Shown one piece after another: positions 25,501-37,500 of a stretch of 64,000 bases of DNA. The translations under genes and the position numbers were made by a program. Numbering within the stretch: the stretch's first letter is position 1; every line of letters begins with the position of its first letter. The notes beneath the pieces were generated by a model. That model was not told the origin of the DNA, did no database searches, and saw nothing but the letters and a program-made list of their open reading frames with translations. The stretch comes from Eledone cirrhosa (Eukaryota): positions 385,516,001-385,580,000 of the forward strand of contig OZ024741.1 in the NCBI GenBank assembly GCA_964016885.1. Direction: 5' to 3'.

Positions 25501-28500
25501 TTGAATTGAAACCCAACAAATGTGTGTGTATTTTTTTTTATTGGCAGCATGACCCTCCCAAAGTATAACAATATATGTGTATATATATACATTTATGTTT
25601 TGTGGTTCACCACTGGATAGAACTGGTCATTCCGTTTAGTTAACCATGATGTAATAGTTGGAAAAGTACTTCATATTACGCAACTCCTCCATCATTTATG
25701 TTGAATCCCGTGGTTGGTGCAAGAACAGAGTTAAATATTGGTTTGATTAAAATAACATGAGGCAGGACTGGTTGTGTTCATTTAAAGTTTTATTGTTGCA
25801 AAAAACACTATATATATATATTTCAATGGCCTGGTTACGTGTTATTGTTGCTGCACACCATCTCTGAAGATGGTTTATAGCAACAATAACACTGATTGCG
25901 CAGGCCATCTCCAAATCAAATATTTTCTCTGTTTGTGTTTGCCGTAATTCCTTTATTGATTAACTAATTATGCAATCCGTACCTGATGATGTCACCAGCA
26001 TCTTACGTAACCAGGCCATTGAAATATATACAGTGTTTTTGCAACAATAAAACTTTAAAGGGGTAATGCCAGTCTGGCCTCCTGTTATTTTAATTAAATT
26101 AATTATACATAGCTGCCAGTGTTTTTGCATAGCTACAGCTTTCTAAATGTTTATTTATAAACCTACCGTATTTCTTTAAAAATACGAAATTCCAATACAT
26201 ATCTGTATACAGCTCTGCTCAAAGCTAAATTCTAATTCTATTCTATTATAAGTTGAGCCAAGTTATACAGCCTCATATACAAATGAGATTAATCCTCTCA
26301 TTTACTCAGACGAGAAAACTATATATTCTTGCCTGTTTTCAAGTCCAGCAGTTGCAAAATCAGGAGGGATCATCCTGATGAGAACCAGTTCAGTTCGAAA
26401 TGCATCGACGATTGTCCCCCTTCAATCTGCTGGAGACCAGCAGGTGGCGATAGCTGCTCCGCTGGTGTTTTTGCATAGCTACGGCTTTCTAAATGTTTAT
26501 TTATAAACATATCGTATTTCTTTAGACATACGAAATTCCAATACATATATATAATCTATACACTATAGTATAAGTAGTGTGTATATATATATATATTTCG
26601 ATATATCATGTGTTCACTATAGAGTAACATTATGTATACTATACTGTAACATTATACTCACCATATCATCATTCCATACTGGTATGGGTTGTTTGACACA
26701 GTCTAATTCAGTTCTTATTTGGAGTTACTATCTTCCTAAATGAATCTAAGGACCATGTCTCACCTATACATTCCATTTTGACATGATTTTTGCAACTGGA
26801 TATCTTTCTGACACCACTCAGTTTACAAAGTGTTCTGAGTGTATTTTAGTGTGGCACAACTACTAGGAAGATTGTCATATCCTTCATGTGGTTAAACACC
26901 CTTCTCTACTCTATATTGTCTCCAGTTACTTGACATTTTACAAAGTGTACTGGGTGTAGTTTATTATGGTACTTCTCTAGTGATGGTGCATTTTATTGTA
27001 GCACCAACACGAGAGAGTACCTCGTCTCCTGCCAGATTGAAAAGTCCTCTCTACTCCCTATATATTCTTTGTTCTTTTCAAAGAGAACATGAGTGAGAGT
27101 ATGACTAGGAGGAGTGATGACCAGGTGTATGAAAGAAGAAAGAATATGAGTGTGATGGGAGGAGGTAATGGGAGAAAGACAGAGATATCTACATATTGGT
27201 TATTGTTAACTGAGACACCAAGTGATAAATTATATATCACAACCTCCATCACTATTATTTAAAACACTTCTGGCATTGTTTGGCACCATGTTTCCAATCA
27301 TCATGGTTTAAGCAAGATTTGGCTCAAACACAAATATGTTTTATTAAAGGTTGATGTGATGTTTGTGGTTTTATTCGTGCCAGTCACCAATCTGGTACTT
27401 TTCTCAGGCCCGCAAAGACTAGGCTTTCTTAGAGGTGGCCTTTACTCGCTTTGTTGTAGCTACATCACTGAGTTGTGAGAGTCTTGGAGCTAAAGTTTCA
27501 ATAAATTGCTCCATCTTCCCTAGTAGTTTACTGCGGTTGGTCCAGGGCTGCTTATTTGTCCACTTATGTTGCAACTAGCCATCATATCTGGTGGCCATAT
27601 TGCTACCCACCACATACAACCTGTTCTCTAGCAGAATAGCTCTTATTAAAGATTATAATTCAAAATATTGTTAGAATTATCTTAATGAAGTTTATGTCCC
27701 ATTCTGTCTACAACTGTATTTTCCATTATGTCATTAAGTTCAAATCCCAGTAAATCACACTTCTATTTATCTCACTGCCTGTGGTAGTGAAATCTATATA
27801 TTAATTTCAACAATGTCAGTATTCCGTGTGTCATAATTCTCAATTATCATTGGTTCATAGGTTTCAAACGACTCCACACACCTCAACGACGCCAAACTTA
27901 AATTAATATGCATAATGCCAATGAGAGAGTGAGAGGGAAGAGTAAGAAACAGAGAGGAAAAGTGAACGCTGTGTTGGATACACTATGTATATGTGTCAGT
28001 GTAGAGACGTGTGTGATGTGTGTGGAAATAAGAGAAGGAAAGCAATAACTATTAACATGCGTGCGTGTGTATGTACGTGCGCGTATGTTTCTGTGTGTGT
28101 GTGTGCGTGCAGCGTTCCACAGAAAGTAAAAACTATTAACATGTGTGAGTGTGTGCGTGTGTGTAAGTGCACGGGTGTGTGTGTAAGTTTGCGTGCGTGT
28201 GCGCGTTTCCATGCGTGTATGTGTGTACGTGCGGCGTTCCACAATCGCCACACAGTTTATCTGTCTGTGTGCCTGTCTGTCGGTCTAACATACAGAGTTG
28301 TGAAGGGAGTAAATAGGGACCTTTTCTCTTACCATCTGTTTACCCGGGCGAAGCTGGGTATGTCAGCTAGTAAGCTTGCATTATGACCGAGTGGTTAACA
28401 TTCGAACATACATATGGGAAACATTATCTTCAGTAATTCATCTACAAGTTTATAAACTAGTGGACTTGTGCCATCAGTAATGATGGTAATAACATTGAAT

Positions 28501-31500
28501 GTATTTAATTTAGATTGGGCTTAATCATACAAACTGGGGAATTTGCATTTTGATAAGTTAATGGTTTGCATAAGAGAAACCCTATAGTTTAAGTTGATTA
28601 CAAGCATGTGGAAGTAATTAAAGATAAAAATGATATTTGAATAATTTATTTCTAGGATATAATTGTTTCTACTTTTGGCACAAGGCCAGCAATTATCTCA
28701 GTGCATTACTGGTACTTTATTTTGTCAACCCTGTAAGGATGAAAGGCAAAGTTAACCTCAGCTGGATTTGGATTCAGACAGTAAAGGGGAGTAACTCTAT
28801 GCTGCAAAACATGGCATCCAACCCTCTACCAATCCACTGCCCTTTCTAGCATATAATTAATAGATGTTCAGCATATATTTACAAATGATATACAGGATGA
28901 AATGTATGAGTAACTTTGGAGAAATATCTATTTTACTGTTAGAAACCAGGACCTTGGGGTTGGAAATCAAACCTATTATTGTAGCATACAGGACTGATAT
29001 AGGAAATACATTGTGTGTATAAATTTTAAAGTGTTACAGACAGAGGCATATATATAAATAACAAAAAGCAGCCAGTTCATCCTGTTAGGTAGATGTGCTG
29101 GTGACATGACAAAAAGCACCCAGTTCATCCTGTTAGGTAGATGTGCTGGTGACATGACAAAAAGCAGCCAGTTCATCCTATTAGGTAGATGTGCTGGTGA
29201 CATGACAAAAAGCACCCAGTTCATCCTGTTAGGTAGATGTGCTGGTGACATGACAAAAAGCACCCAGTTCACCCTGTAAGATGGTCATTTCGGTGCCATG
29301 ATAAAAAGTACCCAGTCAACACAGTAATGTGGTTTGTGTTAGGAAGAGTATCCAGCTGTAAAAACCAAACCAAAATACAGATCTGTGAGCGTGATGTGGT
29401 CTCCAAACCTGACTTATTTCATAAAGTGACAACCCATGCTAATGTGGAAAATTGATGTTAAACAATGATGATGATGATGGTGATAATGAACTATACCAAT
29501 ACACATAGTGTATAATTATGGTTGATGTTTATTCTTCAGTTAATATTCAGGGACAGTTTCTTGAATACTTTCTTGTTAAATATATATTTTTGATTATATT
29601 TTCCTTGTCTTTTCTTCCAGATTCCACATAGAAATATGTTCTTTTTTGATCTTCCTCACCATGTTTCCTGCACGTTGGAATTTTATTCTTTTCTTCAATT
29701 GGTTTTTTCTGGGACATGAGGAAATGTTAAAATGTAAGTTAAATATTGTTTATTTCTATATTCATCTTATATAAGTATCAATATCTATCTCCTTCGTAAT
29801 GAAGCAATGAACCAGTATTTACTTTTAGTATCTTTAAAGTGTATCAAACATTGCTCTGTATCCTTGAGTATGGCACATTATTCTACTTTCCTTATCAACT
29901 ACATACCAGTCTTCTTTCAAGATTTACTATATAAAATAGGGGATCAATATTTATGTGTTGAGTAGCTGCCTCAGTTATAAACAGGGTTTGGATTTTTGCC
30001 CATTTCTGTAGTGCACCTGAGCACTACACAATAATTTCATTATTATTATTATAAAATAGGGCGGTGGATTAGCAGTATCGGTAGAGGGTCAGACGCCATG
30101 CTTTGCAGCATAGTTACGTCCCTTTATGCACTGAGTTCAAATCCCGCCGAGGTTAACTTTGCCTTTCATCCTTACGGGGTCAATAAAATAAAGTACCAGT
30201 AAATGTAATTGCTGGCCTTGTGCCAAAAGTAGAAACAATTATTATTATAAAATAAGAGTGGCTTATATTCGAGAATATACAGTAACTCTTTTGATATCAA
30301 CCTACCCAAAACTACCCCAATTCTATGATGATAAACCTCTTGTTTTAAAGTATTTATATTTGAATTAAATAATGTTTGTTAAGCTATATACTACTTACTT
30401 TGATGCTAAACTCTGCCAGTTGCAGACTGCACATCAACATGAGATATTTTTCTCCACAAAGTTCGATCACCAACAGCAGAGTTTAAAGAGTAAAGATCAA
30501 GTCCAGTCCATAGGTTGACATTATCAAGCCATCATTTTGGCTGCTGGCCTCTGTTTCTCTTACCAGCCAACCTTCCTTTTAGGCATAACCTTCTCACACC
30601 ATGAGTTGATCTTTTTATATGACCATATAGTTTGAGTGTGCTTGAATTGACAATTGTGGTTCTGGAATGTAGAGCGCTTCTGAAGCAACCTTGTCATCCA
30701 ATTAACACAGTCAAGACCATATAACACAACTAACTATGGTTTGTTATATTACTAAATCCCTTCAAATTGTTAATTATTTTCAAAATTAATTGAAAATCAT
30801 AGGCAATGTCATTCATTATAAATATGACAATGAAAGAGTTATTACTATATAAGTTTAAACAACGCACCCATGATTCATATAATTCTTGCAAAATTATTCC
30901 ATATAAGGAATGTGGAGGCACATGGCTTAGTGGTTAGAGCATTAGCCTTGCAATCGAAAGGTTGTGAGTTCAATTCTCAGACCAGATGATGTGTTGTTTC
31001 CTTGAGCAAGACACTTTATTTCACATTGCTCCAGTTTACTCAGCTGTAGAAATGAGATGATAGGACTGGGGTCCCTATCATTCCACTGCAAAGTGGTCGT
31101 GAAGGTGCCACGGCAAAAAAGCACCCAGCCCACACTGTAAATGAGGTTGGTGTTAGGAAGGGCATCCAGCTGTAGAAATTAAGCCAGAATCAGTTCCCGT
31201 CCTACTCTTGCAAGCAGGGAAAAGCGGACGTAAAATGATGATGATGATGATAACAACTATTTTATTGCCCTCATGAATTGTATCAGCTTCTGACAGAAGT
31301 GCAGAAATCTCACACTTTATCCTTATATTCTACCCTGTTCTTCATTTAATGGTATTGTTTTTTGTTTCTTGCCCTTCAAAGCCGTATTTAAAGTTTACAC
31401 TACTCAATACCACTTATATCAAATAGTTTCCTTATATATTTTCAATACTATCATAATCATTGTTAATCGACCACTTTCTAAAATAGCTGATTGAAATTAG

Positions 31501-34500
31501 AATGGACCTTAAGAGTTTAATTATATTTATGAAGAATGCACCTCGCAACATAGACTGTTAATTAGCGACCTCATAGTCAGGACGAGACGTACTCGACAAC
31601 AGAAGAGGACTATCCTCAGGAGAAAAATATGGAAGCTAAAGGACCCCACAGCCAGTAATAAATTTAAAAGCATATTACTTGATGCTTTCGACAGTAAGGA
31701 AGAGCAATTAGAGTCGCACAATATAGAGGAACAGTGGGAATTCCTGAAAGCAAACCTGCTGATGGCGGCAGACGAAGTCTGTGGCTGGAGCAGGCCTATA
31801 GGCAGGAGGAGAGTAACGTGGTGGTGGAACAGTAAGGTGGAGGAGTCAATTAAGGCCAAAAAGCAGGCTTGGAAAGTATGGCAGGATGAGGGAAGTAGAG
31901 AAGACTATCAAGTGGCCAGGAGGGAAGCTAGGAGACAAGTGTACTTCGCAAGAAGGGAAGCAGAGGAAAGAAAGTTCAAGCATGTTCTACAACGCGAGGA
32001 CCAAAAACGTGAGGTGTTCAGGATTGCTAGGCAATGTGTCAAGGAAAACAGTGATATTGTCGGGGAGAAGTGTGTCCTTAATGATGATGGTGTACTTGCC
32101 ATCACTAATGCTGATAAGAAGGTAGCTTGGAAGTGTCACTACGAAAGGCTACTAAATGAGGAGAATAAATGGGAGAAAGACAGTCTCCCCCACATCGATC
32201 CAATAGAGGGACCAGCAGTGTTAGTCGAAGGTAGTATAATAAGTCAGGCAATCAAAGATATGAAGACGGGTAAGGCGGCTGGGCCTTCGGAAATAGTTGC
32301 TGAAATGCTGAAAGCTTCTGGAACGGTGGGACACACCATGGTCACCCGGATAGTAAACCAAGTCATACAGAATGGGGTTGTTCCGAAGGACTGGCGTAGC
32401 AGCATCATCATTAACTGCTACAAGGGTAAAGGAGATGCCCTAGATAGGGGTAACTATAGAGGCATTAAATTAATCGACCAGGTCATGGAGGTCATAGAAA
32501 AAGTAATAGCGCAACTAATCAGAGAGCGAATTGATCTAGATGAAATGCAGTTCGGGTTTGTGTCAGGTAAAAGTACCACAGACGCTCTTTTCATTGTACG
32601 ACAACTACAGGAGAAGTACCTAGCTAAAAGTAAACCCCTATACTTAGCTTTTGTCGATTTGGAGAAAGCCTTTGACAGAGTCCCCCGTTCCATTATCTGG
32701 TGGGCTCTTAGAAAACTAGGTGTTGATGAATGGCTTGTGAGAGCTATACAAGCCATGTATAAAGAAACAGTCAGCAAAGTTAGAATTAACAAATATAGGG
32801 AAGAGTTTAGCGTAAAAGTTGGTGTTCATCAGGGCTCCGTTCTTAGCCCCCTACTATTTATTAATGCCCTTCAGGCTATAACAGTGGAGTTCAAGACCGG
32901 CTGCCCATGGGAACTCCTATACGCAGATGATCTAACGCTCATAGCTGAATCAATGGCTGAACTAGAGAAGAAATTCCAAACATGGAAGCATGATCAAAAG
33001 GCCTTAAAATTAACCTGTCTCAGACTAAAGTTCTAGTTTGTAGGAAGGAAAATAGGACACCGGTTCCATCCGCGAAATGGCCATGCTCAGTGTGTAGGAA
33101 AGGAGTAGGTAGAAACTTTATTTTATGTCCCAAATGCAAAGTATGGGTGGTGCATAAAAGATGTAGTGGGATCACAGGTAAGCTAACTAAGAACATAGAT
33201 TTTATATGTGGCCGGTGCTCTGGTGCAATAAGTAGCAGCAAATGCCCACAGAATACTAGCTCATTCCATTGCACAGATGGTTCTATAGAAATAGTGGACA
33301 CCTTCCGTTACTTGGGTGACAAAATCAGCAGTGGTGGAGGGTGCTCTGAAAGTCAGAACTGGATGGAAAAAGTTCAGAGAGCTTCTACCACTATTAGCCG
33401 CTAAAGGGTTCTCTCTAAAAATGAAAGGCAGGCTGTATGATGCCTGCATACAAACAGCAATGTTACATGGCAGTGAGACCTGGGCATTGTATGCAGAGGC
33501 TATACGCAGACTGGAGAGGAACAAAGCTTGCATGCTCCGCTGGATGTGTAATAGTAATATACGTGAATGGCAAAGCATAAACGAACTAAGGGAAAAATTA
33601 GAAATAAGAGGGATCAGATGTTGTTTACTCAAGAGAAGACTACGTTGGTATGGTCACGTGATGCGCATGAAAGAAGACAGCTGTATAAAAAAGTGCAGGG
33701 CAATAAAAATAGACGGTAGCCACGGAGTAGGCAGACCCAGAAAAACCTGAGACGACTTGATAAATTCCGACCTCACACACTTACACCTCTCCAAGACAAT
33801 GTCACTGGACCGAGATCTTTGGCGCTAAGCAGTAATACAGAAGACTCGCCTTGCCTAAGTGCAAAGCGAAACCTACAGTCAGTAGGCACCTCTAACAAAA
33901 ATACACCCCCGTCCCACTATCCCCACCCCATCCACACCACCCCTTTCAATGTAAAGTTATGTTGGTACCACAACATCCAGTCCGAAACAAATGAGGTCGT
34001 GTAGGTGTCACGACAAAAAAAACACACAGTCCACGCTGTAATGTGGCCGTGTAGGTAACACGGTAAAAACCTCCCAGTCCACACTGTAAATGTGGTTGGT
34101 GTTAGGAAGGGCATCTAGCCGTAGAAACCCGCCAGACAGTCCTATGCGAGCAAGACAACCACTCTTGCCTCAAGTGGGAAAACTCCCGCCCAAACCCATG
34201 CAAGCATGGAAGATGGACGTTAAACGATGATGATGATGATGATGATTACCTACTCTCAGAATTAGGAGTTTATCATTTCTATCCTTGATTAGTTTTGATC
34301 ACCAATCCTTGCTAAAGAAGAGAAAATCAAGTGAGCCATGGTAGGATTTAAATATTAAACCCAGTGTCATAAACCCTTTACTGTTTCACTAATTTGTTAC
34401 CAATTCATGCCAATTGTTTTAATATCTTAAATTTCAATGAAGGTGGATTGAGAGAATCGGTAGAGCATTAGACATAATGCTTTGCTGCATTTCTTCCTCC

Positions 34501-37500
34501 TCTTTACATTCTGAGTTCAAATCCTGCTAATGTTGACTTTCGACCTTTTGAGGTTGATAAAATGAAATCCCAGTCAAACGTTGGGGTCAATTTAATCAAC
34601 TTTCTCTTCCTCCCTCCTCCCAATTAATATCTTAAATTTTAATTCTTCCAATGATTTCTGTTGAATTTAATATTTCTATTATCTGTAGCTCCAACATCCC
34701 AAATCAAACTCTATCTATATTAACTACACCTGTTATGTATAGGATTATTATATGTTGTATCTTTAGTACAGTAGCTTTACCTTTCTGTTAGTAGAGATGA
34801 AAGGGCCATACAGGTAAAATATTCGACTGTCTTTAGTGTGTTTCTGGGCATCAGGAAATCTTACCTGTTATAGATTAATATCCTATCCTGGAGGGGTTTA
34901 TTTCTCATCTTTTTCATACCATTGAAACTGGAACTAAGTACTAGTCTCTCAAATGGTGCTCTCTACTTCAGGTATATAATTCAACTTTATTGTTCAATAT
35001 ATTCTGATAATTTCCACTCTTGTTGACAATATATTTTGTCTAATGGCTGTAGTTGGATGGATGGTCCCATTACTTGTGAAGGAGTCGTAGGGGTGTCGTA
35101 TTGACATAAAGCATTTCTAGGGCATTTTTAAACCTGGCAATACCCATCCCCTGTCCAGGTCTGAATACAGCAGATTTCCTCCAGAGAAGTGAGAGAATGG
35201 AGGTGAGAAAGATACATAAAGGAAGAATCGAACCCAGTATTTGACTGGTACTTTTTTTTAGCAACCTGACTGGATGAAGGGGAAAGTTGACCTTGGCGGG
35301 ATTTGAACTCAGAGAGCAGCTAGCCTAAATGAATACTACAAAGCATTCTATCCGATGTTCTAATAACTCTGCCAATTCACTGCCTTAATGGTTGTTGTTA
35401 GCAACAGTAATATTCCCAGTACAGTATAAGATGCTTCACCATATTCCATATAATATCAATTTAAAGTTTGTTGCAGTATCTTATTGACTTTTGATATTTC
35501 AGATCTCTCTAAAAAATCTGAATTTGTGATGGCAAAATTGAAAGTTGAAACAGAATTAGAAGCAGAAAATTCTACAGCTGATCCTAAAGTACCTGAAATG
35601 GAGTCTAATGGTCAAAATGAACAGGTGAGAAACTTTATCACTAATTGCAAACATTTTAGTAAATTATATTCTAATTTACCTACAGTTTATATTATCAGCC
35701 CAAGTTTGGTCTCATAACTGGTTCATGTTAACACTGTTAGCCACTGCACTCTCATATATATGCATACACAAGAAGGACCCATAGACGTAGTTGATAATTT
35801 CTGCTATCTAGGAGACCTAATTAGCAGCGGAAGAGGGTGCACCAAGAGAGAGACCTGGGCAGAGATTGTGAGAGCTGACCTCAAATCACTAAGACTGGAA
35901 GAAGAGATGATGAAGGAATGCGACAAGTGGAGAGATGCTGTTCTGAGAAGGCCCCGTCCAACCCATGCAAGCATGGAAACGCAGACATAAAAAAAAACGA
36001 CGACGACGCATATGCATGCACACACAAGACACTGCTAATAATAATTGTTTCTACTGCTAATAATAATTGTTTCTACTTTTGGCACAAGGCCAGCAATTAC
36101 CCAGTGTATTACTGGTACTTTATTTTATCGACCTCGTAAGGATGAAAGGCAAAGTTAACCTCGGCGGGATTTGAACTCAGAACGTAAAGGGCCATAACTC
36201 TATGCTGTAAAGCATGGTGTCTGACGTTCTACCGATACTGCCAATTCTAATAATAATAATAATAATAATGCTTTCTTTATTAACCACAAGGGTTTACACA
36301 AAGTAGACATTAAGGATAGTACAGGACGGTACAAATGGGCATTTCTGCCTGTAAAAAAACAAAAACACAGAGCGTGTAGTTTCTACTTTTGGCACAAGGC
36401 CAGCAATTCTCAGTACATTACTGGTACTGTATTTTATCGACCCCATAAGGATGAAAGGCAAAGTTAACCTCGGCGGGATTTGAACTCAGACCATAAAGGG
36501 ACGTAACTCTGCTGGAAAGCATGGTGTCCGACCCTCTACCGATACTGCCAATAATGACAATAATCTACTACTACTAAATACATCCACTTATTTTTGATGA
36601 CGTAAAACCTTCCAACATTAACTGCCTCAGTTCTTCATTGGATAATTCTTCTTGAATGATCTTTAATGACTTGAGAGGTATTCCACGTTTGAGTTTTACA
36701 TTTATGGGCTTCTATAGTAAATGTTTTATAGCAGGTTCATTGCTTCCCATGACATGACCTGCAAGTCGAAGTCTTGGACTTATTAAGTAAACATTTACAG
36801 AACACAATGAAAAACAAAAGGTGAAATGTACTGAATTGAAAAGTTTGTTAGTCTCCATGAACTCTAAACCAAACAAACATCACAAGTATTAATACACCAA
36901 ACAATTAAATCATGGAAGTGTCATTATTATTATTATTATTATTGTCCTGTACTGTCCTTAATGTCTACTTTATGTAAACCCTTGTGATTAATAAAGAAAA
37001 CATTATTATTATTATTGTTTAACATGGCAAGGTATTTAGTTTTAGGCAAATTAGCAGAGTCGTTAGAATGTTGGATAGAGCGCTTTGTGGTATTCGTTCC
37101 AGCTCTCTGCTCTTTCAGTTTAAATCCCACCAAGGTCAACTTTGCTTTTCATCCTTTGAAATTAATAAGAATAATGTACCAGTTTAATACTGGGGTCGAT
37201 TTTTTCCTCTATATTTCTTTCTCATTTTCTATCTGGAAGAAATGTGCTGTACTCAGGCCTGGAGAGGAGTGGGCTCTGCCAGGCCTAAAATGCCCAAGAA
37301 ATGCCATATGGACCACATCCAGCCTACCAACAGATTTTAATTTTAGGCTAAGCGATACCTGAAAAAGTACTCTGAATTATTTTGGATTAGAATGCTGACT
37401 AGAGAACACGTCTAGCCACAAGACTCACTTAACTGAATGTAATTTTTTGCATGACAGTAACAAACAATCAAACTCAGACAGATAGAATAGTCAGACATCG

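Noticed and set aside
31762-33036. 424-aa RT ORF as an active LINE or domesticated gene
   Set aside because: 5' truncated (endonuclease missing), frameshift near 32990, deletion near 33350 and stop at 33748.
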